Shown here: positions 1 to 10,262 of the stretch, in pieces
Layout of the letters: every line of letters starts with the position of its first letter
Numbering within the stretch: the stretch's first letter is position 1
NCBI GenBank assembly: GCA_019057865.1
Contig: JAHLWP010000009.1
Location: 32,001 to 96,000, forward strand
Length of the DNA stretch: 64,000 nt
Source: Promethearchaeota archaeon
GTDB lineage: Archaea; Asgardarchaeota; Lokiarchaeia; Sigyniarchaeales; SOKP01
Direction of reading: 5' to 3'
Made by a program: the position numbers and the translations under genes
The notes under the pieces: model-generated
Told to the model about the DNA's origin: nothing
What the model saw: the letters and a program-made list of their open reading frames with translations, nothing else
Database searches by the model: none

Positions 1-513
1 AGAATAAATATTGCCAATACCAGCAACCAAGCTTTGATTTAATAAAGCATTTTTAAGGATAGCAGTTCTTCGGTTAGTGGCTTCTTTAAATTCTTCAAGG
101 CTCATTTTAAATGCATCTGGTCCTAATTTTTTCTTTGCGATAAATTCCTGAATTGAATCAACGATATCTAATTTTCCAAACATTCTACGAGATATATAAG
201 CTAAATTAAAGCCATTCTTGAATTGAAATATGACTTTACAGAATTTAGGATCATCCTCTTTTTTATTATAATATTCTAATTCTCCAGTCATGCCAAAATG
301 CAACACAAGATATTTTGGCTTGAGATGAACAAGAACATATTTACCATGTCTCGTGGATGATTCGAATTGTTTATCTTTTACTGATTTTATTAGATAAGAA
401 TCATCGACATTTAAAACTCTAGTATCAATTATTTTAACTTCTTTAATCACTTGCTTTAAAGATGTTTTATCTAAATACCGTTTATAAGTTTCCACTTCTG
501 GAAGTTCTGGCAT
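1..513 (-). CDS. mutM: Formamidopyrimidine-DNA glycosylase (Fpg/Nei family), 3' end outside window
   Basis: Not in ORF track. Manual translation from ATG at 513 gives MPELPEVETYKRYLDK...RHGKY...LHFGMTG, the Fpg N-terminal PELPEVE and HxGMTG motifs. Confidence 0.92.
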   Translation of the reverse strand, partial: MPELPEVETYKRYLDKTSLKQVIKEVKIIDTRVLNVDDSYLIKSVKDKQFESSTRHGKYVLVHLKPKYLVLHFGMTGELEYYNKKEDDPKFCKVIFQFKNGFNLAYISRRMFGKLDIVDSIQEFIAKKKLGPDAFKMSLEEFKEATNRRTAILKNALLNQSLVAGIGNIYS

Positions 514-606
514 GATTACACAAATTAATAATCAATTGATTTTAAATTTAAGGCTCTATATTTTTATGCTATAGTGGTAATATTAGAAGGTATAATCTTT
601 GGATTT

Positions 607-1047
607 TTAAATATAATCATCAATGAACATCATTTTTACTTCAGATGATAATTTCTCTATGTTATTTAGAATTTCTTTTTCCTTCTTCATGCATAATGGA
701 ATATTAAGAACTATTGCAACTGCTAATGAATAAGAATCTGCAAGAGAAATTGGAAAATTGCATTTTAACCGAAAGGCATCATCTCTTAAGATACTTTCGG
801 AACAGATAATGAAATCTTTTAAAAAATCAGATACAATCTTTTTTGCTTCTTGATACCCATTTCGCCTGCAAAAGATGTATTTGAGTTCAGTATCAGTTAT
901 TGGACTGATATAATATCTTTCGAATTGTGGATTTTCTAAGAAATGTTTAGAAAATATTTTTCCCAATTCTGAATTTTCAAGTAATTCAACTAAAACTCCA
1001 GTATCAATAATAATTGATGTTTCAGGTAAATCTTTTTTCGCGCTCAT
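607..1047 (-). CDS. PIN-domain (VapC-like) ribonuclease toxin
   Basis: IIIDTGVLV, TELKY and ISLADSYSLAVA acidic PIN motifs; overlaps upstream small gene. Confidence 0.85.
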   Translation of the reverse strand: MSAKKDLPETSIIIDTGVLVELLENSELGKIFSKHFLENPQFERYYISPITDTELKYIFCRRNGYQEAKKIVSDFLKDFIICSESILRDDAFRLKCNFPISLADSYSLAVAIVLNIPLCMKKEKEILNNIEKLSSEVKMMFIDDYI

Positions 1048-1285
1048 AGTTTTTCTCTCTTAATTCTTTAAGTAAATCTTTTCCTTCATTAGGTTTAAGG
1101 ATACCTTGATATTTTTTAAGATTTTTCAAGAATTCTTCTCTATTAAATTCTATTTTTTCTTCTTTTAATAAGAACTTAATAGCCTCATCGTAAGTCACTC
1201 TTCGCCCCCAATCCTTTTCAAGTTGATTCATAATCATAAATAATTTCTTCTTTGTTTCTTCAGAAATTTGAATTGTTGTAGGCAT
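1022..1285 (-). CDS. RHH-type antitoxin (VapB-like)
   Basis: MPTTIQISEETKKKL...TYDEAIKFLL ribbon-helix-helix pattern directly upstream of the PIN gene. Confidence 0.8.
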   Translation of the reverse strand: MPTTIQISEETKKKLFMIMNQLEKDWGRRVTYDEAIKFLLKEEKIEFNREEFLKNLKKYQGILKPNEGKDLLKELREKNYEREKRFT

Positions 1286-1386
1286 ATTTAATTTTTCTAT
1301 AATTATTATAATTATTATAGTAATTATAATTTATATATTATACTATTTTACTTTTGAAAAAAAGGAGTTTAATCACACTAAGAAAG

Positions 1387-1995
1387 TTAATTATTCAGAA
1401 ATACCATCAGACTAAGAACGAAGTAGTATAGTTGAAAGGGAGTGACCATTATTCTTTCAATTATCCCCCTATCCTTACCTGCGGCAAATATACCCGAGAT
1501 AATTACGCCAATTAATGAAGCAATAGCTGAAATAAGTGAAAATGTAGCAAAACCACTCCATATGGATACGAACTGTAATCGAATCCAAAGTGCCACCATC
1601 CCAGCAATAGTTAATAATCCCATTACGACTACAAGGATTATATGCATTTTTCCTCTAAGAGTTGTGAATTCACCTCCTTCATCAAGAGGAAAGAAAAGAG
1701 CAACCATTATTCCCAAAATGGAACTAATCAGAAGAACAATTGGTCCAACAATGGAACCTCCCCCATCATTGATACCTTCATGTAATCCAATGAAAAATAC
1801 AAACAATAAAAAGCTTTCTGTAATCACGAATGATTGTGCTAAGCGTTTATTAGGAGCACCAACTGCAAACAGTGAACTTATATCATCTCGAATATGATTA
1901 TAATCCGAATCTAAGTTTCCACAAATAATCCACATCGCAGTATATATGATGGGACTAAGCATTCCACAAACTGCTAAAATCTGAAGTATTGTCAT
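1387..1995 (-). CDS. DUF998-family membrane protein
   Basis: YNHIRDDISSL.A.GAP motif, about 6 TM segments, C-terminal GIIER. Confidence 0.75.
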   Translation of the reverse strand: MTILQILAVCGMLSPIIYTAMWIICGNLDSDYNHIRDDISSLFAVGAPNKRLAQSFVITESFLLFVFFIGLHEGINDGGGSIVGPIVLLISSILGIMVALFFPLDEGGEFTTLRGKMHIILVVVMGLLTIAGMVALWIRLQFVSIWSGFATFSLISAIASLIGVIISGIFAAGKDRGIIERIMVTPFQLYYFVLSLMVFLNN

Positions 1996-2083
1996 AATTA
2001 TTAATAATAGTTATTAATAATACTAAAATATTATATAATTTTGATGAGAAAAATCGTACATATGAATAATTGAGGAGACTAAA

Positions 2084-2746
2084 ATGGAAAAGAAGAAAAT
2101 TATAGGGATTGTTAGTTTAGGAATTGGAATAGGTTTGTTTATATTTTCTATTATTTCTGCTTGGATACTTACACCAGAATTTATGAAGTTAGGCGAAGAT
2201 TATTGGCCAACTGTTGGAACACCTGGTAAAATTTTCGGTTATTTCTGGGCACTATCATTTCCAATAGGTAGTATTTTAATTTTTCTGGGGATTTTAACAA
2301 GAATAAATGTTGAATCAAAGCGAATTATGATTTACTTGGTGAGTCTATTAGTATTAATTTTCATTATAATCAATATAGATATATACAGATCTTCTCTATT
2401 TTTTGGAATTGGGGGGATTCTGATTGAAATATTTTTGATTATGATTTTATGGTATTGGGGGAAGAATAGAGTGTTTCTTGAGAAGGAAGAAAAAATTATT
2501 GGGGATCTGCGAATAATTGGATATTTATTTTTGGCTCTAGCAACATGGTTCATGTGTGGTCTTGGAGCCATGGTCATGTTTGCTACGAATGCGGACAATA
2601 TAGCCCTTTTTGTTGCCAGTACAGAAACTCAAAAAAACATGATTAGTATTCAATATAAAATAATGATATGCCTAATTATTGGGTGGTTTTTTATCTCCTT
2701 TAGTTATTTGAAATCAAACCTTATAACTAAAAAGAGAAAAGAATAA
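2084..2746 (+). CDS. Hypothetical multi-pass membrane protein
   Basis: About 6 hydrophobic segments; GAGG SD-like sequence upstream. Confidence 0.7.
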   Translation: MEKKKIIGIVSLGIGIGLFIFSIISAWILTPEFMKLGEDYWPTVGTPGKIFGYFWALSFPIGSILIFLGILTRINVESKRIMIYLVSLLVLIFIIINIDIYRSSLFFGIGGILIEIFLIMILWYWGKNRVFLEKEEKIIGDLRIIGYLFLALATWFMCGLGAMVMFATNADNIALFVASTETQKNMISIQYKIMICLIIGWFFISFSYLKSNLITKKRKE

Positions 2747-2844
2747 ACTAAAATTCAACATATTTACTTACTCGTTTATTTTTTATATCTTTATTTTTTC
2801 AATCTTATGCATATTACAAATGGTAGCATATTAATCTTGTAAAG

Positions 2845-3645
2845 TTACTTATCTAATTTCTTAAGTTTTTTAATAATTTTTTTTTTGATTTTTTCATATG
2901 AGGGTGGAGGGCCTGTTCTTATTTGTTGGTCATCAATGTATAAAGCGTCTAAAATCCCCCATTCTAACAGCTTTTCTCGTTCAAATGTATCAATTTCTCG
3001 ATAAATAACTTTATCTCCTAATTCACTTGCGGCCCTTTTAGCTCTCTCTCTTATTAAATTTTGTGCGGGACACCATCCGTTTAGAAAAGAAGTTATTAAA
3101 ACTTTACCAGGTATTGGTTGAGGTTGCTTTTTTTCTTTTATCCACTTAGGAGGAATCGCATCATCGGTAAACGGTTTCCATAGCAATGTTGCAATCCCAT
3201 CTTTATCTATTCTTGAATAACCATTCTTTTTAAACCACGAAGCTTTCATCCAAAATGGAAGAGAAACGCCCCACGCAACCATTCCCTTAGCACCTCTCTT
3301 TTTAACATCATCTTCAGCAGCTTGAAGTAAAGCCTTACCAAAACCCATTTTTTGAAAATTCCCTCGTCCTTCCTGATATCCATGAACCCAGATACAATTT
3401 ATGAAATAGAGATCAACTCCTTCAGCATTAGAATATTCTATTGGGATATACTGAATCATTCCACCAGCCACTCCTTTATCATCAACGGCAAGTTTAACTC
3501 CAAGCCCTTTATCCTTCATCTTATTAAACCATACCTGTTTATGATTTCCTGCTTCTTGTATCTCATCTGACCATTCTTCAAGACACATAAAATACTCTTG
3601 TAGATATTTATCCTCAAGATCTATAATCTTCATATCTATTACCAT
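2845..3645 (-). CDS. GNAT acetyltransferase (YoaP-like) with C-terminal thioredoxin-like domain
   Basis: INCIWV...QKMGFGKALL acetyl-CoA motif; C-terminal NGWCP; true start may be the second Met. Confidence 0.75.
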   Translation of the reverse strand: MVIDMKIIDLEDKYLQEYFMCLEEWSDEIQEAGNHKQVWFNKMKDKGLGVKLAVDDKGVAGGMIQYIPIEYSNAEGVDLYFINCIWVHGYQEGRGNFQKMGFGKALLQAAEDDVKKRGAKGMVAWGVSLPFWMKASWFKKNGYSRIDKDGIATLLWKPFTDDAIPPKWIKEKKQPQPIPGKVLITSFLNGWCPAQNLIRERAKRAASELGDKVIYREIDTFEREKLLEWGILDALYIDDQQIRTGPPPSYEKIKKKIIKKLKKLDK

Positions 3646-3704
3646 TCGATACTTTTACACTAAATTTATGGGAATTAAATTAAATTGTCTTAATAAAAAA
3701 GTGG

Positions 3705-4658
3705 TTACTCTTTTAGAGTTATTACTACTTTTCCTTTAGGATGACCTTCTTCATAGTATCTATGAGCCTCGGCAATCTGACTCAATGGATAAACTTTATC
3801 AATAGTTGATTTAATCTTTCCAGCTTCAATGAGATCTCTGAGATAATCAAGTTTTTCAGCAACAACATTACCCATGTACCCTCTTACTTTTTTGTTCAAC
3901 ATATATTTAAAAAACACCGACTCTGGATCAACTGTAACAAAAATCCCATTCTTAGTTAACGAGTTTTTACATTTTGAGTATGAAGTTACTTTTCGACCCA
4001 CCGCATCAAATATAATATCGTAATTTTGTCCATTTTTAGTGAAATCATCTTTAGTATAATCAATCACAGCATTTGCTCCGAGAGATTTTACCATACTTAC
4101 AGCACTTGTACTACATACGCCTGTTACTTCAGTTGTAAATGTCCTCGCAATTTGTACAGCATAAGTGCCTATTCCTCCAGATGCGCCAAAGATAAGCACT
4201 CTTTGCCCCTCTTTAATAGTAACTGCATCTCTAAGCCCAGTCAAAGCTGTGCCACATGTATCAGGTACCGCCGCAGCTTCTATATGGCTCATATTAGCGG
4301 GTTTTATTGCGGCCAACTTTTCAGGAACGCAAACATATTCGGCATTTGCACCAGGGCTTCTAAGACATACATAAATAAGATCACCTTTTTTAAATTTTGT
4401 TATCTTTTTTCCTACGGATTCAACCTCTCCAGATACATCAAACCCTAAAATTTTATGTTTTGGTTTTTTAAATCCCGCCATTAATTTTGTCATTCCAAAT
4501 AACAGCGTAGCACCACTCCGAAAAATTATATCAAGGGCGTTTACTGAAGTTGCCAACACCTTAACAAGCATTTCATCATCCTTAGGTGTAGGTTTTTCTA
4601 CTTCTTTTAATTCAAGAACGTCCGGTGAACCGAATTCTTCATATACAATCGCTTTCAT
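3705..4658 (-). CDS. NAD(P)-dependent medium-chain dehydrogenase / quinone oxidoreductase-like
   Basis: MKAIVYEEFGSPDVL, ILGFDVSGEV, GASGGIGT, GHPKGKVVI. Confidence 0.9.
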   Translation of the reverse strand: MKAIVYEEFGSPDVLELKEVEKPTPKDDEMLVKVLATSVNALDIIFRSGATLLFGMTKLMAGFKKPKHKILGFDVSGEVESVGKKITKFKKGDLIYVCLRSPGANAEYVCVPEKLAAIKPANMSHIEAAAVPDTCGTALTGLRDAVTIKEGQRVLIFGASGGIGTYAVQIARTFTTEVTGVCSTSAVSMVKSLGANAVIDYTKDDFTKNGQNYDIIFDAVGRKVTSYSKCKNSLTKNGIFVTVDPESVFFKYMLNKKVRGYMGNVVAEKLDYLRDLIEAGKIKSTIDKVYPLSQIAEAHRYYEEGHPKGKVVITLKE

Positions 4659-4794
4659 AATATTTTACTTATAAGTTAGCATTTTATATATATTAATCAG
4701 AATTTCCAATCATTAAACTTGAAGTCTTTTTTTAAAGAAAGAGAGTTGATTCTCCTGATGATTTTAAAAAGATAATTAATAGTTAAAGTTAAAT

Positions 4795-4830
4795 ATTCTA
4801 TAGAATTATTTTTATTATAACTCTATAGAA
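4795..4830. promoter_or_regulatory. Putative antitoxin operator: two TCTATAGA palindromes
   Basis: Perfect palindrome ATTCTATAGAAT at 4795-4806 and TCTATAGA at 4822-4829, just upstream of the antitoxin ATG at 4841. Confidence 0.55.
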
Positions 4831-4840
4831 ATAAAATGAT

Positions 4841-5113
4841 ATGACTACAACAATCCAAATTGATGATGAAACCAAGAAAAAATTATTCAGGATCAAACTA
4901 AGATTAGAAGAACAAAAGGGGCAAGCTATAACATATAACGATCTCATTGCATATCTAATAGAAAGCCAACCATCGAACCTGATTAGAAAATCAAATTTAC
5001 GGGAATTCAGAAGCTTGAAAGGAATATTACCAAAATCCGCAAAGAAGACTTATTTAGACGAAAAAAGAAAAGATTTGAACGAAGAAGAAAAACTTGCCCC
5101 CATTAAAGAATAA
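4841..5113 (+). CDS. RHH-type antitoxin (VapB-like), paralog of 1022..1285
   Basis: MTTTIQIDDETKKKLF...TYNDLIAYLI...LKGILP aligns by eye with 1022..1285. Confidence 0.8.
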   Translation: MTTTIQIDDETKKKLFRIKLRLEEQKGQAITYNDLIAYLIESQPSNLIRKSNLREFRSLKGILPKSAKKTYLDEKRKDLNEEEKLAPIKE

Positions 5114-5127
5114 ACAGAAGTGATTCA

Positions 5128-5574
5128 ATGAGTACTAAACAAATCTTAATTGATACCCCTAATCTTGTTTTAGACACAAGTGTTTTGCTTGGTTATTTCA
5201 TGAGTGAGGCACGAAATATTAATTCTTTATTAGAGGCGTATGTTTTTACCCAAGAATCAAAGATTATACTATATGGACATAATTTAATTAAATTAGAAAT
5301 TTTCTATATAACTTGTCGCGAAAAAGGTATAACTGAAGCTGAGATGGTTTTAAAAAAGACAGAAGGTATAATGAACACTATAAGTGACACATGGTTGTTC
5401 AAAAAGGCAGCTAATATTAAATGTAGATATCCCATCGCCATCTCGGATTGCTACTCAATTTCCTTAGCAATCCTACAAGAGTGTCCTGTGTTTTTCCTTC
5501 CAGAAGTAGAACTTTCAAGAGAAATCGTAGACGAAATAAACAGAGAATATAATGCGAAAATTCAAATAGTGTGA
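5128..5574 (+). CDS. PIN-domain (VapC-like) toxin, paralog of 607..1047
   Basis: LVLDTSVLL, LEIFYITCR, PIAISDCYSISLA. Confidence 0.82.
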   Translation: MSTKQILIDTPNLVLDTSVLLGYFMSEARNINSLLEAYVFTQESKIILYGHNLIKLEIFYITCREKGITEAEMVLKKTEGIMNTISDTWLFKKAANIKCRYPIAISDCYSISLAILQECPVFFLPEVELSREIVDEINREYNAKIQIV

Positions 5575-5629
5575 ATGCAACAAAACCAAAATCTCCTTTT
5601 AATACCCTCTGAATAAGTAATTATTAAAT

Positions 5630-7354
5630 TTAAACTTCTAATGGGGTTATTTCCTTCAATTTTTTTATTTTTTTGACTTTAGGGTGTTTAATTAAATGAC
5701 CTCTGATTATAACCTTAGAGACTTCTCCTAAATAATCAATCCTTTCGAGAGGATTCCCCGGAACTACTATTAGATCTGCAGATTTTCCGACTTCAATACT
5801 TCCAGTAGCATCATCTATACCAATGTTTTCAGCGTTTCCTTTAGTAGCAATAAATATTGCTTCTTGTGGAGTCATTTCGGTATACTTTAGGTAATATTTT
5901 AATTCTTTCCAGACTTCGTATTGAGTGGAATATGGGACAGATGCATCAGTACCACATGATATTCTCAATCTTTCTTTATATGCTTTTTGTAAAGCCAGGA
6001 TCATACCTTTCATTATAATCTGTGCGTTTTCAAAACTTTCTGTAGTAATTTTCGTTTCTTCCTTGGGTAAAACAGCCATTCCCATACCAGCAGAAAGAGT
6101 GGGAACAATCACGGTGTATCCTCTTAAAGCTTTGGGATTATTTCTAATTAAAGGCACCAAATCATCAGGAATTTCAGCAACATGTTCTATGCTGTCAATT
6201 CCTCCCTCTAAAGCTTCTCTTATCCCTTCTGTGGACTCACAATGTGTTGCAACTAATAAACCACCTCTATGGGCTTCAAAACAAGCAGTTTCTATCTCTT
6301 CAATAGTCATTTGGGGTCGTCCAGCTTCTCCAACTTTCCTTGCATCCATAACTCCTCCAGTAGAAAGTATTTTTATATGATCAACTCTCATCCGTAAATT
6401 CTGTCTTATTGCTTTTCTAATCTCAGGGATAGAATCTGCGATAAAACCGGATACCCATCCATGTCCTCCTGTAATACAAATTCCTTTACCTGCACACAAT
6501 AATCTAGGGCAAATAATTTTACCATCAATAATTTTATCTCTCACTTTTAAATCAATATATAAAGGATCTGACATAGAGCGTAATGTTGTGACACCAGCGT
6601 TTAATGCATTTAAAGCATTTTTTTTCATAAGTTTGAATAAAATTATTTTTCCGAGTGGTGTAGCAAGGAATTTGAATAACCTTACCATATTTTTATCGCT
6701 TAATTTCATCAATCTGGTAGGTTTTCCACTACCTGTTAAGTGACAATGGGCGTTAATTAATCCAGGAAGTACATAAGTTCCTTCTAAATCAATTTTTTTG
6801 AAATCATTTGGTATCTCAATTTCACTTTCAGTTCCAACTCCGGTAATTAATCCTGGAGTTTCGTCCTTTTCAGTGATATTCTTAATTAAGATGACACCAT
6901 TCGGAATGATTTTACTATCTCTATTTCCGTCAATAATATTACAGTTTACTAGAGCTATATTGGTTTTTGGTTCCTTTTTCTTGTATTTTAACCCTAATAA
7001 CCACGTTATTATGAGATACATTAGAAAAATATCAATTAAACTTCCGATAATTGAAATAATCCAATACCACGCAATGGGCAACCAACTGGAATTCAAACGG
7101 GCGATATCTAATGTTAAATTGTACATTTTAAAACCATAGATGCCTAACACATCCAAAATTCCCAATGGAATTCCCACAAACGGAATAATCCAAGGAAAAA
7201 AGTTTAAAATTCCAACGATTAAATAGGCTAAGCTTCCAATAATACCTTCATATGTGCCATAGGTAATCCATGCTAATAAGGATATGAATATTATAAAGAT
7301 TAAAATTGATAATAAGAATTTGGTTCCAAATTTTGAACTTTTATTATTTTCCAT
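5630..7354 (-). CDS. Metal-dependent amidohydrolase (Xaa-Pro dipeptidase-like) with N-terminal membrane domain
   Basis: PGLINAHCH, ITGGHG, IKILSTGG, SIEH, GTDA, GSIEVGKSADL motifs; first ~120 aa hydrophobic. Confidence 0.88.
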   Translation of the reverse strand: MENNKSSKFGTKFLLSILIFIIFISLLAWITYGTYEGIIGSLAYLIVGILNFFPWIIPFVGIPLGILDVLGIYGFKMYNLTLDIARLNSSWLPIAWYWIISIIGSLIDIFLMYLIITWLLGLKYKKKEPKTNIALVNCNIIDGNRDSKIIPNGVILIKNITEKDETPGLITGVGTESEIEIPNDFKKIDLEGTYVLPGLINAHCHLTGSGKPTRLMKLSDKNMVRLFKFLATPLGKIILFKLMKKNALNALNAGVTTLRSMSDPLYIDLKVRDKIIDGKIICPRLLCAGKGICITGGHGWVSGFIADSIPEIRKAIRQNLRMRVDHIKILSTGGVMDARKVGEAGRPQMTIEEIETACFEAHRGGLLVATHCESTEGIREALEGGIDSIEHVAEIPDDLVPLIRNNPKALRGYTVIVPTLSAGMGMAVLPKEETKITTESFENAQIIMKGMILALQKAYKERLRISCGTDASVPYSTQYEVWKELKYYLKYTEMTPQEAIFIATKGNAENIGIDDATGSIEVGKSADLIVVPGNPLERIDYLGEVSKVIIRGHLIKHPKVKKIKKLKEITPLEV

Positions 7355-7460
7355 TATAATATATCACGATAAATAAAGATAGAAATTATTTATGAATAAT
7401 TTTAAATTCTTATTTAATTTATTTGATAGTTAGAATAATCTTCCAAGTGTAAAATCAGAT

Positions 7461-8000
7461 ATGGAAAAATCTAAAAATGATGATCCAGCTCAAGAGGATA
7501 TAGTTATATTACGAAAGAAAAAGAAAAGAAATCCATTCAGCCAATTTTTTCTAGACTTGAAAAAGGGCTTTAAAGGGTTTTCTGAAAAATCAGGGGAATT
7601 CTTCGTAGAAGTTGATAAAAATTTTCAAAATAATTTGAAAAAAATAAAAGCTTCGTGGAAAAAGATGATGAAGAATATAAAGGAGAGTGATCCTAAGTAT
7701 AAGCGTTATAAAAAACTAAGTATCAAATTAGAAAAGATGGAATATAAACTATCTAATATAAAAGATGATACTACAGAGATCAAACTGGAACTCTCTCTTG
7801 TTATATCTATGATTGAAACAATTATGGAGACTATGAGCGATATTGAGGACTATATGAAAGAAAATCTAGGTTCCGATTGGAAAATATTAAAGAATGCTTG
7901 GCAAAGATGCAAGGACGGAGAAATTTCAAAAGCAGAATTCATTAAGACTGGATTAACAAAAATAGGCAAAAAATTCGCAAGTATCTTTATTAGATTATAA
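7461..8000 (+). CDS. Hypothetical coiled-coil protein
   Basis: Heptad-rich central region; C-terminal LGSDW...W...GEISK.EFIK helical domain. Confidence 0.7.
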   Translation: MEKSKNDDPAQEDIVILRKKKKRNPFSQFFLDLKKGFKGFSEKSGEFFVEVDKNFQNNLKKIKASWKKMMKNIKESDPKYKRYKKLSIKLEKMEYKLSNIKDDTTEIKLELSLVISMIETIMETMSDIEDYMKENLGSDWKILKNAWQRCKDGEISKAEFIKTGLTKIGKKFASIFIRL

Positions 8001-8212
8001 AATATTTTTTTATTAATTAAAAATCCTGATTTATTTATCATTTAAAATCTTTATTTTGAAATGAAATGAATTTCTTTGAGTAATTATATTTTTAATCACT
8101 TGGTCATATTTATTGTAAAATTTGATATTTAGTTAAATAATTCTTTATAAAATTGTAAAGAATGTTCTTTACGCTTAAAGTTTAAATAAAATACTATTTT
8201 TAATAACAAGCT

Positions 8213-9232
8213 ATGGTTTTATTATCAGTTCTTTTTCTAATATTAGGGTTTATTGTGTTATATTTTGGTGCTAAATGTGTGATAATTGGACTTGAAAATA
8301 TTGCAGATCGCTTACATATTAGTCATATAATGGTAGGACTGACGATATTATCGATAGGGACTAGTTTACCAGAGATTTCTGTAAGCATAATGGGTGGTCT
8401 TGATAAGATTTTGGGCATTGATCCTAACATTGATGGAATAGTAATTGGAAATAAAGTTGGTTCTTTTTTGACTCAAATTACTTTAATCATTGGAATTTTA
8501 GCAGTAAGCCAACCGATTTTCGTTAGTAAGTGGGAATTGAGAAGAGAAGGTCCTATGCTCTTTATTTCCTTATTGATTTTTCTTTTTTTCGCCTTAGATA
8601 GAGTTTTTACTCAATTTGAAGCACTTTTAATGATAATAATATATTTCATTTATCTATCATTAGTAATTTGGAGTGAGAGGCGTCTAACAAAATCTAAACT
8701 AGAACTTACTTATATTGAAAAAGAACGCTTAGATACTGTAAGTTTTGAACCAATTGAGAGCCCTCATAAAATCTCATCAACATCTAAAGATATTGGTATT
8801 TTTTTGATAGGGCTTTTAATCCTATTATTCGCAGCAGAAATCACATTACTATCAGCACATGATTTATCAAAAGAATTTCATATTCCTGAAAATGTAGTTG
8901 GAATCATAATAGTGGGGTTTGGTACAAGTTTACCAGAACTAGTTGCTGATTTAACTGCTATAAGGAGAGGATCCTACGGAATCGCTGTAGGAGATATATT
9001 AGGTTCCAATATATGTGATATTTTATTAGCCACAGGATCAGGAGCAATAATCATAAATTTTAATGTTCCAAGGATAATTCTGGTTTTTGATATACCGGTT
9101 CTTTTTTTGGCGTTATTTATCGCGTTATATTTCTTATGGAGTGAAAAAACCTTAAAAAGATGGGAAGGAATACTATTAATTAGTTTTTATGGCGTTTATA
9201 CAATTTTGAAATTATCAATATTTCAAATCTAA
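8213..9232 (+). CDS. Ca2+/Na+ antiporter (YrbG/CaCA family)
   Basis: Two alpha-repeats GTSLPE with GN/GD..GSN motifs; about 10 TM segments. Confidence 0.92.
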   Translation: MVLLSVLFLILGFIVLYFGAKCVIIGLENIADRLHISHIMVGLTILSIGTSLPEISVSIMGGLDKILGIDPNIDGIVIGNKVGSFLTQITLIIGILAVSQPIFVSKWELRREGPMLFISLLIFLFFALDRVFTQFEALLMIIIYFIYLSLVIWSERRLTKSKLELTYIEKERLDTVSFEPIESPHKISSTSKDIGIFLIGLLILLFAAEITLLSAHDLSKEFHIPENVVGIIIVGFGTSLPELVADLTAIRRGSYGIAVGDILGSNICDILLATGSGAIIINFNVPRIILVFDIPVLFLALFIALYFLWSEKTLKRWEGILLISFYGVYTILKLSIFQI

Positions 9233-9408
9233 AGAATTAATTTTTTAGTAATAAATATTCTATTATTTTCTATTGGAAAGAAAACAGTTATATACTCTAA
9301 AAGCTAATACTTATTTCAAACGAAATCTAATAAAAAATCATTTAATGAGATATAAGTAACAACTTAAACATATCTTAAAAGTAAAAAAAATAAAGGTGTA
9401 AATATAAT

Positions 9409-9708
9409 ATGGCATATATAGTAATTACTGGAAAATTCCCAGGGCATATGGCTTCTGAAATTGGAAAAAGATTTCTTGATCTCCCCAAATTACCTGATTT
9501 TGTCAAAACTGAGCATGTTTTTAACTCTGCTGATGGGAAATACAGATTTTTTTCAATTTATGAAATCACAGAGGAAGATAAATATTTTAAAGCATTAAAA
9601 GCAATTTACACGAGATATGCTGGATATAAAGATATTGAAGGATATGAATATACTGTGCACCCTGTTTTAGAAGCTAAAGATGCTCTTAGAATAATAGGAC
9701 TAGGTTAA
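9409..9708 (+). CDS. Small hypothetical protein (possible dimeric alpha/beta-barrel)
   Basis: Clean ORF with AAGGTG SD-like sequence upstream and T-tract downstream. Confidence 0.7.
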   Translation: MAYIVITGKFPGHMASEIGKRFLDLPKLPDFVKTEHVFNSADGKYRFFSIYEITEEDKYFKALKAIYTRYAGYKDIEGYEYTVHPVLEAKDALRIIGLG

Positions 9709-9742
9709 TCTTAAATTAATTTTTTTTAAAAAACTTTTTTTT

Positions 9743-10189
9743 TTAAATTAGGTTTTTTTCAATGAAATTATACAATCCATCAGGATATAGAGGGCGATTT
9801 TCTTGTTTAATTTCATTTAAACTTTTCCAGTAAGCATTAAATTTAGTTTGGTTTTCATCATCCTCTTGAACTATGAGATTTTTTTCATATAAAGAAGTAT
9901 CAACTAAAGTTCCATCAAAGACCAATACAATCTCATGACCAATCTTTCCCTCATACGTAAAAATGTTCTCAAATATTGTTAAAAACTTTAAATCTTTTAC
10001 TTCGGCTTGTATTTCCTCTCTAATTTCTCTTTTTACTGCTTGTTCTCCATATTCACCAAATTCTATTGCTCCTCCTAAAGGTCTATAAAAGATTTCATCC
10101 TTTCCTTTATCATATCCTTCAAAAACAAGAATCTTTTCATTATAGTAGAATAAGCATATAACAATTGGTCTTATCTCCCTCCAACTCAT
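9743..10189 (-). CDS. NUDIX hydrolase
   Basis: GGAIEFGEYGEQAVKREIREE Nudix box. Confidence 0.92.
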   Translation of the reverse strand: MSWREIRPIVICLFYYNEKILVFEGYDKGKDEIFYRPLGGAIEFGEYGEQAVKREIREEIQAEVKDLKFLTIFENIFTYEGKIGHEIVLVFDGTLVDTSLYEKNLIVQEDDENQTKFNAYWKSLNEIKQENRPLYPDGLYNFIEKNLI

Positions 10190-10262
10190 TGTTGTATCAC
10201 TATATACTTTGAATAATTAAAAGTTAAAAAAACCTGTGTTTTTTCAGACCTAAGAAAAAAAA

